A stretch of 64,000 bases of DNA from Octopus vulgaris (taxonomy: Eukaryota), in the NCBI GenBank assembly GCA_951406725.2, contig OX597822.1:22754001-22818000 (forward strand), read 5' to 3'. Positions within the stretch are counted from its first letter, which is position 1, and every line of letters begins with the position of its first letter. Position numbers and translations under genes: made by a program. The notes beneath the pieces were generated by a model. It was not told the origin of the DNA and ran no database searches. It saw only the letters and a program-made list of their open reading frames with translations. This document shows positions 26,757 through 40,096 of this stretch, one piece after another.

Positions 26757-29335
26757 TACAACGGGATTCTCTCGGTTTCCATCTACCAAATCCACTTACA
26801 AGGCTTTGATTGGCCTGAGGCTATAGCAGAAGATACTTGCCCAAGGTGCCATGCAGTGGAACTGAACCCAGGACCATGTGGTTGTAGAGCAAAATTCTTA
26901 CCCCACAGCTACACCTGCGCCTATAATGTAGTTTTTTTTTTTTATGAAAGAGACCTTTTCTCTTAATCCCTGCAAATATTGTTTTTATTTCATTTAATTG
27001 TTTATTTGTTATTAATATATAAATATATTTATGGTTCTTTTTTTTTTTTTCTTTATGAAGAAAAAGACCCATCTCTTCATCCCAGCAAATAAGTTAATTC
27101 CTAAAATTCAGATCCGCACTGAACAAGGCAAGGAACTTGTTGCACAACGTATTATAGTTGTCATTGATAAATGGCCCCAATATTCACGATTTCCTATGGT
27201 AAGCACTTTGTATTAATTTCTCTTGACTTTTTTTTTTTTTACTATATTTCTGTTGAAACACACTATTTTTGTTTCCATTAATTTTGAAAATAGCTTTGAC
27301 ATTAACTAGTTGGTGTCTGGAACATAAATTAACATTCAGAAAATTGGGGCAGTATTTGGTAGGTTGATATCAAAAGGGTTCAACATCAACATCATTTAGC
27401 ATCTGTCTTCTTTGCTGGGTTGGATTAGACGATTTGACAGGAGCTTGCAAAGTAGAAGACTGTGCCAACCGCTACTGTCTGCTATGGGATGATCTCTATG
27501 ACTTGATGCCTTTCCTTTACAGGAAAGCCATTTTACAGAGTGCATTGGTTGTCTTTTAAATGGCACCAGCCCCAGTAAGATCACCAAATAACTTGCAAGA
27601 CAGAGATCTCTCAACTGAGAGGGAAAGTGGTATTGAGTGACATGGCTTTGTGCCAGATGATGAGAGGTTAAACTATGATAGAGACACTGAAATAGGTGTC
27701 TTCCTGTAGAGGAGACAGATGGTTACTCTAGTCAGAGACAACGGATGGTGGTGATGTGCTGGGGTGTACAAGGAGGTGAATGTAAGTGGAGTGGTACAAA
27801 GGATTGGACAGGGTGCATAAGCTGAGAATTCACAAGTGGTGCCAGTTGTATGTAAAAAGCACCCTTCAAACGTTGGGCCTTGTGGAGGCAGTGACCAAGA
27901 CCTTTGGCAATATACTGTGCTTGAGAAGACCTGTCAAGCCAAATGAGATCGTAGTTGTGGCTGATGCCAGTGTTTCGTAACTGGCACATAAAAAACACCC
28001 TCTACACTCTTGGAGTGGTTGGCATTAGGATGGGCATCCAACTGTAGAAACACTGCCAAAACAGATTGGAACCTGGTGCAGCTTACCAGTTTTCAGTCAA
28101 ACCATCCAACCTATGCCAGCATGGAAAAAGACATTAGATGATAAAACGAAAAGGAAATGCAGTGAGTGAAATACAACTATATAGGGAAGCAACAAAACCT
28201 TTAGTTTAGTATTACAGATCAAATGGTGCCAGATATCAAAAGGTTAAATCATCATCATCATCTAATGTCCGTTTTACATGCTGGCATGGGTTGAAATAAT
28301 TATTAATTTAGAAATATTAACTGTCTTAATTCTCTTTTTATCTGTCATGGTTATGGTTTTTTATTTGCTTTAAAGGGACATTTTGTCAAGAAACTGGGTC
28401 CAATTGGAGATAAAGATACTGAAAATGAAGTCCTATTATTGGAACATGATGTTCCCCATTCTGATTTTTCTCAAAGAGTGCTTGAGTGTTTACCAAAGTT
28501 GCCATGGATCATAACAGATGAGGTAAAACAATTTATATTTGTTTATTTGTTTCAGTCTGTGGATTGCTGTGCTCTTTTTTCTTAAACCTTGTCCTTATTC
28601 TGTTAGTCTCTTTTGCAAAACTGCTAAGTTACAGGGATACAAAAAGTTTCTCAATTTTACAGGACTTGAAACAAAGACAAGACATTCGTCATATCAATAT
28701 CTGCAGTGTTGATCCTCCCGGCTGTACTGATATTGATGATGCACTTCACTGCAGACTCTTAGAGAATGGTAATTATGAGGTAATGTAAACTTTTTATTTT
28801 ATTTTGTTGTATTTCTCTGGTAAAAAAGTTGTAATTTGCTGGAAGCACTGCAGTAACTATAAATAAGATAAATGTTTAACAAATCCTTTGAGCAAAGTTA
28901 ACCAAAATATGTAAAGTGATGTTTACCAAAGCTTTGTGAGTGAATCTGATAGATGGAAACTGAAAGAAGCCTTTCATATCTTTTATCTTTTTCCTGTTTC
29001 AGCCATTGGACTGCAGCGTTGCTGTGGACACCACCTTGATGGATTTAGTCGAACAAATTGGCCCCAAGACTTTTTATTTAAGCCTAGCCTTATTTCATCA
29101 GTATCTTTTGCTGAATTGCTAAGTTACAAACCAACACCAGTTGTCAAGTGGTGATGGTGGACACACACATAAATATATGCATATATGCAACATGCTTCTT
29201 TCAGTTTCCATCTACCAAATCTACTCACAAGGCTTTGGTCAGCCCAACATATAGTTGAAGACATTTATCTTACACACATATGTACATGTTTGTGTGTGTG
29301 TATGTGTGTGTGTATACATACATTTATGTGTGTGA

Positions 29336-29425
<90 letters not shown>

Positions 29426-32400
29426 GCATATGTATGTATATATATATTGGTGTTCGGAAGGACATCCAACTGTAAAAACCTTGCCAAAACTGACCACACC
29501 TGTGATTATGCCATGTAAAAAGTCCACTCTGTTGAGTGGTTGGTGTCAGGAAAGGCATCCAGCTGTAAAAATCCTGCCATAACAGTCACAGAAGTCTGGT
29601 GCAGGCTTCTGTCTGGTCAGCTCTTGTGAAACTTCCCACCCATGCTAGCATGGAAGGCAGACGTTAAACGATGATGATGATATATATGTATATATACATA
29701 AATACATTTACATATACATATATATGCTGACACACACACATATGCATGTGTGTGTGCATGTTGTTTCTCCTTGTCTTGGCATCAGATGATAGCTTTAAGC
29801 AAGTGGATCATCATTCACGCAGTGTCCTTTGTTTCAATTTTGTGCTAATGTCCTGTCATCCGGGAAATATCACTTGACTTGGAAACAGGTGTGGGTTGGT
29901 GACAGGAAAAACATCCAGGCATTGAAAATGTACTTCGATGAATTCCATCTTACCCATGCAACCATGAAAGGGTGGATGTAAAAAGGAAGATGAGGACAAT
30001 ATAGATGAAATGTATGAAGAATAATAAATCAAATGTACAGCATAGCATAACATTATTGAAGGGAAAAGGAAATCAATAACTAGATTAAAGGATTTACACA
30101 CACATACATCTTTTTTTTTCAGCTACTATTCTTTTCTTCTTTTACTTGTTTCAGTTATTTGACTGCAGCCATGCTGGAGCACTGCCTTCTAGTCGAAGAA
30201 ATCAACCCCAGGACTTATTCTTTGTAAGCCTGGTACTTATTCTATTGGTCTCTATACAATGGGCTTCTATTCAGTTTCCATCTGCCAAATCCACTCACAA
30301 GGCTTTGGTTGGCCTGAGGCTATAGTAGAATACACTTGCCTAAGGTGCCATGCAGTGGGACTGAACCCAAAACCATGTGATTGGTAAGCAAGCATCTTAC
30401 CACACAGCCATGCCTGCAATTAAGACCATTATTGATCTGTATCGATTCTGCTGTTCTTATAACTCAGTGGTCTGTTTCAGGTTGGTGTCCACATTGCCGA
30501 TGTATCCCATTTCATCCGCCCGTACACAGCTTTAGATGATGAGGCCAAACACAGAGCAACAACAGTCTACTTGACCGATCAGGTAACTAATTGCATCATT
30601 GAACCAATTCTTTCATTAACCTTTAGCATTCAGATTTTTCTGTCAAATACAATGCTTATACGTTCAAACTATTTTGAATTAAGCATGCTTTATCTCGAAG
30701 CTCCAAGATTATGATGATGTGATTGCTTAATTTTAGAATAACATTGCAGGGTGTGTGAGAGAGGCCAAATATGGCCAGTTTGAACATAAAATTAATTAGA
30801 ATGTTTGAGCCGGATATTGTCAATTTAAATGCTAAAGGGTTGATGAATTTTGTCACTAATTACTTGATATTTTATATAAATTAATTCTTTGTGTTCTAAT
30901 ATCTAGAGAATAGACATGGTACCTGAATTACTCAGCTCAAATCTGTGTTCCCTTCGAGATGATGGTGACCGGTATGTTGACATGCTTTTCTTCTCTTTTT
31001 CTTTATCTAATTTAGCTCTTTAATAATTGAGTTCATACCTTTTACTTGTTTCAGTCATTAAACTGTGGCCATGCTGGGGCACCACCTTGAAAAGGTTTTA
31101 TTCAAATGAATTGACCCCAGTACTTTTTTTTCTTCGTTGAGCCTGGTACTTATTCTATTGGTCTCTTTTACCAAACCACTATGTTATGGGGACGTAAACA
31201 CACCAACACCAGTTGTCAAGAGGTGGTAGCGGACAGACACACGCACATATATATATATGCGATGGGTTTCTTTCAGTTTCCATCTACCAAATTCATTCAC
31301 AAATCTTTAGTTGGCCCAAGGTTATAGTAGAAGACACTTGCCCAAGGTGCCACACTTGTTAGTTTGGGTTTTATTTAATAGACTGGATGGTATCCAACTA
31401 AGGTTCTATATTTATGCTATGTAGACAATTACATTAATTGTAGACATCTCTTGTTTTGCTTTCATCATTTTTACATCCTCTTTTGTATGCTTGCATGGGT
31501 CAGATAGAATTCACTGAGACACATTTTCAATGAATAGATGTCCTTCCTTTCTGCCACTTTTCCAAAGCAAGCTAATACTTTCATTATGACTGGACATGTT
31601 TCCACAGATGATTGGAAACAAATTATAGCCCTTATAAGACGATGATGTGCCGTTTACAACCAAGGGACACAATGTCGAGACAAGGTGCGAATGTGATCAT
31701 CATCAATTAATGTCCCATGAAAAGTGGACATTAAAGGGTGATGATGATGTTCCATTCTAGCATATTTTGGACAGTTTCACAGGATCTGATGGATGTAAAG
31801 ACTGCATTGTGCTCCAATGTATTTGGCATGGCTTCTACTGCTGGCTGAATGCCCTTCCTAAGACCTACCACTTTACAGCACTATTGAGCAGCTCACAAGA
31901 CTATGAATTTTGAGGGAGGTTGGAGTGGGGTTATGCTAGGGGATGAGGAGTTAAAGTATGAAGGTGTTGAGTGCAAAACAGGTTCTTGTACAAGAGCTGT
32001 ATGTTTACCCACATTTAGAAGTTGGGTAGGATTGAAGGATGATATACATATATATATGTGATGTGGAGGTTAGACACTGGGGTTGATGTAATTGACTTAA
32101 ACCCCTCCCTGAAAATTTCAGGCCTTGTGCCTATAGTAGAAAGGATTATTATTATTATTATTATTATTATTAAGGCAGCAAACTGGCTGAACAGTTAGTA
32201 TGCTGGCAAAATGTTTAGTGGCATTTCATACATCTGTACATTGTGAGTTCAAGTTCTGCCAAGGTCAACTTTGCCTTTCATTGTTTCGGGGTCAATAAAA
32301 TAAGTTACCAGTTGAGCACTGGAGTCAATGTAATCAACTAACTCCTGCCTACAAAAGTTTGGACCTTGTTCCTATAGTAGAAAGGATTATTATTATTATT

Positions 32401-35400
32401 AAGGTGGCAAGCTGGCAGAAACGTTAGCATGTCGGGCGAAATGCTTAGCAGTATTTCGTCTGCTGCTACGTTATGAGTTCAAATCCAGCCGAGGTCGACT
32501 TTGCCTTTCGTCCTTTCGGGGTCGATAAATTAAGTACCAGTTGCATAATGGAGTCGATCAAATCGACTGGCCCCCTCCTCCAAAATTTCGGGCCTCGTGC
32601 CTAGATTAGAAAAGCTGTCAGAATTGTTACCACACTGGATGACATGCTTTTCTTCTGGCTTTGCTTTCCGAGTTCAAATCTTGCTGTGCTCAAACTCTGC
32701 TTTTCATCCTTTCAGGGTTGATGGAATCTATTAGCTCTTTCTCTCAAAATTTTGGGCTTTGTGCCTATAGTAGAAAGGATATTAAGTATGTAACACATAT
32801 TTCTCAATAAAACAATACTTTATCAGTTTTTTTTTCTTTTCCTTTTAAATCTTTCTACAGCTTTGCCTTTTCGGTCATCTGGGAGATGAATACAAATGCC
32901 GAGATTATAAGCACTAAATTTCATAAATCCGTTATCCGCTCAAAGGTAAGAAGTAATTAAATAGAAATAAAAAAATCTCTTGGGATATGATATTGTTTTT
33001 TTATATTTTTTACATTCTGTTGAAACTAATGTCTATATAACTGGATATTTTGTTACCGCTTATGATCTTGGCTGTGGTTTTTTAACCACCAGTCATTTCT
33101 GACTGAGTTGGCTCTATGATCAAAAGTATTCTAACAATGACCAACACAACCTTATTTTTTTGTTGTTTTTTTTTCTGGGTATTGTGTATGTAACACTACA
33201 TTGTGCATTGTAGTGTCAGATCAGACATCAGTTTTAAGATGGCTTCCATCTACAACCAAAAGGCTTCAAGAAGGAAGCCTTAAAATTTGTCCCAAGTTTA
33301 AAAAATTTATACCTAACTTCGTCTTTAGTTCCAAAAATTCATGTAAGCTTTGAATTTATCAGTAGCTTTGCTGCTGTTAACCCTTTTATTACATTGCCTT
33401 TGAAAATAATAACAAATTTAATAAAAATTTTTTGTCACTATTAAGCTGGTCAGTGGTACATAAATTAACATAAAATTTCAATGGAAGGTTTTAATTTAAA
33501 TCGCTTTCTCATTATTGTTACCATAATCGTAGTTGTGGCCAAAGCCAGTGTCACATAACAGGCACTTGTGTCAGTGACACACAAAAAGCACCTTTCGAAC
33601 GTTGGACCTCATGGAGGTGATAAGTGACTGAGACCTCTGGTGATATGCCATACTTGAGAAGATTCGTCGAGCCAAGTGAAATTGTAGTTGTCACCAATGC
33701 TGGTGTCATGTAACTGGCTTGTAAAAAGCACCCATTACACTCTTGGAGTGGTTGGTATTAGGAAGGGTATCCCGCCATAGAAACCATGCCAAATCAGATT
33801 GGAACCTGGTGCAGCTCTCCAGCATGGAAAGTAGACGCTAAATGAGGATTTCTATTGAAATACACTGCCTATGTTTCAATTAAATTTGAAAATCATGAAG
33901 AACTTATTAAGCTAACTTTGGTGTTATTAAACTGATGTATGGTACTTAAATTAACATGAAAATCTGATCATTATCATCATCATTGTTTAACGTCCACTTT
34001 CCATGCTAGCATGGGTTGGACGAATTTGACTGAGGGCTGGTGAACCAGATGGCTGCACCAGGTGCCAATCTTGATCTGGCAAGGTTTCTACATCTTGATG
34101 CCCTTCCTAACGCCAACCACTCCGAGAGTGTAGTGGGTGCTTTTTACGTGCCACTGGCACAGGGGCCAGTCAGGCAGTACTGGCAATGACCTCACTCGAA
34201 TCTTTTTACACATGCCACCGGCACAGGTGCCAGATAGCCGCTCTGGCAACGATCATGCTCGGATGGTGCTCTTAATACCCTACTAGCATGGGGCTCGAGT
34301 GCCAGTAAGCCAACGCTGGTAACGATCACATGGCAACTTTTAATTTAGATCACTTTAAAATAGTGTATTAGTATCATATAACTTGGAGAAGTTTCAGTTG
34401 GATTGGTTTAAAAATGTTTAATGAAGATAATAAAAGAATGCGCAAATTAAGATGGATATCTGAACTCCTTACAGGCTTCACTCACCTACCAAGAGGCTCA
34501 ATCAAGAATTGACAGTGATTCTACAGATGAACTGACTGAAGGTCTACGTCGACTGAACAATCTGGCAAAGATTCTAAAGAAGAAGAGGATTGAAAAAGGG
34601 TCTGTTTACTTACTTTTCATTCTTTCTTTTATGTCATTTTTATTGTCAAGCATAGCTGTGTGGTTAAGAAGTTTGCTTCCCAGTCACATGTTTTGGGTTC
34701 AGTCCCACTGCATGACACTTTGGGCCAGTCTTCTACTATAGCCCCTGCCCATCCAAGGCCTTGTGAGTGGATTTGGTAGACAAAAACTGAAAGAAGCCTA
34801 TTGTGTGTATATGCTTGTGTGTCCTTGTCTTGGCATCATACTGTAGTTATAACCAAACCTTACTGTCATACAAGCAAAGTCCTTGATGTCCAGTCTTCCA
34901 AAAACACATCTGTCCATGAATCAGGTGGTTATAAAACAAACTTCTTGACCACACAGCCATATCTGCAGCTTTGAATAGATTTTCAAGATAAAATATATCC
35001 AAATTTAGGGAATGGAGTTTGTAAAATCCAGGCTACATATGTTTCCTAGTTAGCAGAACCTCAGAAGTAGTAACCATCCGATGTTCTGCTAGCTAGGAAA
35101 CATATGTAGCCTGGATTTTATCTTCTCCATTCCATAAATTTGGATTTTTATTCACATACATAGCAACCCCAGTTGCTAACCATGAAGTATAAAATAACTT
35201 TTTTCAGCTTATCAAACTTTGATATGGGAAAAATTTACAACATCCTACATCAATAAACCATTATTGTTTCTGAAAGTTGTTTTTTATACCTTCTACAGAC
35301 TGCTTGAAGCTTACTAACTTCCGACACTTGGATCTTATTATTACATATATATATATATATCTGTGTCGCCATGATAGATCGTTAGCCACTACACACATTT

Positions 35401-36598
35401 TTTTTCTCTCTTTGTTTCTCACCTTGTTTTTTTCTGTGTCCCTTTCTGTAGAAGAGCGTAGGCTCGAAACGTAAAAGACGTTTTCTATTCCTGAGCGTTA
35501 TGCTAATAAATCTGTTTGTTTTGTACACCACCTGTCTTCATCTTTTGTTTTTTCATAAACTCTCCCTGTATATATTATATATGTGTGTGTGTGTTATTAA
35601 AAAAGAGCAGTGCATGCAAACTGCTGCAGATATGTCTGCTATCGAAATAAGATCAAAAGAATTTGTGTATCCCTTTTGTTACAAACTTGTGTCGTGTTCA
35701 TATATCTTCTTTCTTTCCATAATAATCTCTGTTACTTGATTCTTACATCTAAGTTGTGTTCTCTTTATCTTTGTCCCTGCCTTTATCAATCTCTTTGTCT
35801 CCATTTTCTTTCAGTCCCTTTCTCTTGTTAGCTGTCAATATAATGTTGGTACAACAATAGTGTTGATGTCATTGAACAGTAGGGGGAGATTGCATTAGCC
35901 ATGAAGTTGTTGCTAATGCTTTTGAAACACTGATGATAGAATCAGTAGCAATGTCATTAGTAGTAGTAGTAGCACTATTGGTGATAGCAGTGATTGTGGT
36001 TACAATGTTTATAGTACTTGTTAATAGCAGCAGTGGAAGTGCTGTTACTGCCAAAATTGACATACTGTTTCCCCAGGAGATGACACCCAACCTTAATTTT
36101 GATATAAATGTACTTTTTTCAGTGCCCTCGTGTTAGCATCAAGTGAGATCCGGTTCCGCATTGACAGTGTAACTCATGAGCCAATTGATGTTCAAGCTAA
36201 AGAAGTCAGGTGAGGTTGATTTCTTTCACATTAATATGTTTAATAAGTTCCATCTGTGTGTTTCTTTCCTTATGTGTTTGGGTGAGAAGAAGACAGGACA
36301 ATGTCCATGGTAAGTTTTGATTCTTCCTAAAGTGGGGAGTATAAGACCACAAAAACAATGCAAAAATTAGTAAATAGAATAACACACACATATATATATA
36401 TATATATATGCACACTGACATTACACATCCTGCAGAGTATACTGGCTTCATCCCTTGCAAGCTTACGCATGTCCTCAGCAGTCACAGCCCATGTTTCACT
36501 GCCATGTAGCATGGCTGTTCATACACATGCGTCATACAGTCTGCCTTTTACTCTGAGCGAGAGGTCTTTTGTCACCAGCAGAGGTATGTGTGTGTGTA

Positions 36599-36647
<49 letters not shown>

Positions 36648-39600
36648 ATGTGTGTGTGTGTATGTATATGTATGTATATATATATATATAACTGCAAATT
36701 GCATCTCTTAAATGTTCAGATGGCTTCCTACGAGTTGTTGATAGCTTTTGTTATCTAGCAGATGTAATTAGCAAGGGAGATGGTTGCTCTGAAAGTATAG
36801 TAGCTAGAGTGAGAATTGATTGGTGAAAGTTCAGGGAGATACTACCACTGCTAGCAACAAAGATCTTTTCCCTGAAAGGGAAGGGAAGACTGCATAATGT
36901 TTGTATCAGAACTGCAATGCTGCATGGTAGTGAGACATGGGCATTGAATGCAGAAGACCCTAGAAGAGCAGAAAGAAATAAAATGATCGTGATGCTATTG
37001 GTGTGTGTGTATATATATACTAGGAGAGATACCCGGCGTTGCTCAGTTACATTCAATAGAAGAATTAGACTTTTCTGTTATATATATATATGGATACACA
37101 CACACACACAAATATATGTATATTAATATAAATACATGAAAGTACATGAAGTTTGTTAAAAAAAAGGGGATCATGTATATACCTCCTGGCTGTTGAGATT
37201 ATAACATCTCGTTGTAAACAATGTTCCTTGTTTTTCCTTGTGGAGCATATACAAAAAGGTTTCTTTTGGTTCCTACTCTTGAGCAACCAACATACAGTTG
37301 CATATGCGAGAAGCAGGGCTCTTCCAAGAGAAGACCAGCTACAGAGAGGGTTTGACCCTGAGATTTGTTAATGGACATGACAAAGCTGACACGAAGGGGG
37401 AATTGCAGTCTTCTGAATGTAAATGGAATTTCTGCTCCTGATGGAGTAAGAGGAAATCTTGGAATAAAGACGTCATCACCTTTTCCACATCCAGAAAGAA
37501 TGATCGCCTCGATAACGTGTAATATCATTTTCTTTATCACCAGTCGTGTTCCATTGCAAAGTCTTGGTGGTTCCAGATTGCGGAATAGCATTACAGGAGT
37601 TCCAACTTTAAGTGGTAATACGTGTGGAGGTAGTCGAGGAGGGCTCCAGTGAATTGAGAAATTCAGGAGGATAGTTCACAACTTCATTTATATCCGGAAT
37701 TGTATCAACAGACTTGTAAGTGTGTATAGTGCCGGGAAGAGAATGCATTAGCTGTTGATTAATTTTGTTAACATCGACGTTTTTTGGAGCTAATATTGCT
37801 CTTTCACACAGCCAATTGTGATTTTGGTAGTTTTGTGTGAAGTTGGGAAAGACTTTGTTTTTGAGGTCAACTACAGAATTAACAACAGAGGAAAATGACC
37901 ACACTTCCATTTGTCCTGCAGTATCGAGAGGCATCTTGCCTTCACCAGGTGTCAAAATGTTCTGTGCAAACTTTGTGGACATTTTGTCGCCGTGTAGCTA
38001 AGCTCTCATGTTAGTGGTGAGACTAAAGATTGTTACATGATGCCACAGGGTAGAGGACTTTAGGCATGCTTGAACTTCATCAGATCTAGTGCCTTTTGGA
38101 ATGACAGGAAGAGTTTGCCTGAAATCACCTGACAACAGAAGCGTTACACCTCCCATTGGAGCCTGACAGTCTCGGATGTCTTTCAGGGCTCTATCTAATG
38201 CTTCCAAAGTTCCCTTGTGAGCCATAGTGCACTCATCCCAGACAATTACATGTCACATTTTAAGTACTTGTCCCTGATCTGAGCTTTTGTTGATGTTGCA
38301 TGAAGGCATTTCGGATGCTGCTAAATTGAGAGGGAGTTTAAAAGTTGAGTGTGCTGTCCTGCCACCGGGTAACAAAGTAGCTGCAATGCCAGAGGAGGCT
38401 ACAGCTACTGCAATGTCCTGATGCTACCTAACTTCTGCAAGGAGAAGCTTTGTAATAAATGTTTTTCCTGTCCCTCCAGGAGCATCGAGGAAGAAGATTC
38501 GTCCCTCGCGTTGGCGTACACTGTTAAGAATAGTTCTGTAGGCCTGCAGCTGGTCCAGAAGTAATTTAGGCTCATTTTGAACAATGTACTTTGAAAGTGC
38601 TTGAGTGTCGTAGGTTGTTTCACGAATGACAGCAGTGGGAAGGCTATTTGACCCTGACCTGAATGCTTGTGGCAGGCCATACGTCGACAATTCATTTCCA
38701 CCCAGTTTAGCAATCCTGTCTTCAACGTCAATGAGTGTTTTGTTGTAGACTTCATTGCTGATACCCTCCATGTCAGGATAGAGCAGTTGAGCTTGGCGCT
38801 GATGGGGACAATGTTTTTGAGATTCCGGTTCAAATGTAAGGCAGGTTTGAAAGTGTTCCCAACAGTTATTAGTTGTAGTGGTAGAGTGTTTATGCCAAAT
38901 ATGTACATATGCATGTATATATATATATATATATACAAAATCCACTGAGAAGGCTTTTGTTGGTTTGAAACTACAGCAGAAGACACATGCCAAGTCACCA
39001 CACAGTGGGACTGAACCCTGGACCATGTGTTTGGAACGTAGTTTGTTACCACACAGCCACACCTGCCCCTATGTATGTGTGTATGGGTAGATATATTATG
39101 CATGTATATATGTGTACATATTACATGTACATCTATATATATATATATACAGCTACAAATAAAATACAAAATACAAAGTTATATCTTGATATCGCTAGTG
39201 ATAACAATACTCAAAATATATAACAGACTGGAATTGTAGGCCCGTCTCTTGCAATTTCGATCAATTGGATCTTGTCCTCCCTCTTGTATAGAAGTGTACG
39301 GCTGCAGCGAAATTCATTTTTGGACTTTCTTCTATCGAAGGCATTTTAACAAAAATGCTTCCGTAAAGATGGTGAAAATATTGTCAATTTCCCCAAACAG
39401 GGACACAATTCAATTTTTAAACAATAACTTTCTCCAAAACGGGGAGGGTTACAGTTTACAATTATTTAACAAATGCAAGACAACAACGTTTCCCTGACGA
39501 GGAACCAACAAACATGATTACAATAGTCAAACAATAATAATAATAACAAACCTTTTTAATTTATCCCCATTTATGTGAAACCACTTATTCAAGTTCAAGT

Positions 39601-40065
39601 CATTGATGCAGTTTTATACGAATTGCTAATACACACACACATAATAAGGGTGAAAAATTGAATATTAATTTGATTAATATGAATTGAAAACCAGTGGTGT
39701 ATCATATAAGACCATAGCGGATCTTCCTCTAGCAAAAAGGATGACCACTATTAATGGCTCATCCCTGTTATATAATACTTTCACTTTAATAGTTTGACAC
39801 TTGTATAGAGAAAGTAGGAGAAAGTGTGGTGGTAATAGCAGGAGTAAACCACTTGAAATGAGAGAGGCAAATCGTAAAATATTGAGTTTTCTCGAATTTT
39901 TGCTTAATTGGGGGTCAAATTGAAAATCTTTATATGCCATGACCCAATCGTATCTACTGGGAAAAATCATAGGTAAATTCCAATTGAAGAAATTCTATAT
40001 TGTAGAATTGTATTAAAAAGAAACATGGGAACAGGCAGAGAAAATCTGCCTTTTATCATAAGATA

Positions 40066-40096
<31 letters not shown>

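Noticed and set aside
35869-36136. Hydrophobic ORFs that look like membrane peptides (also 8079-8468)
   Set aside because: Low-complexity (TAG/TGG)n or purine-rich tracts; 35933-36136 runs through the exon 16 acceptor.
37199-39062. Host PIF1 helicase gene nested antisense in DIS3
   Set aside because: Intronless, with stops and frameshifts, and bounded by Helitron termini.
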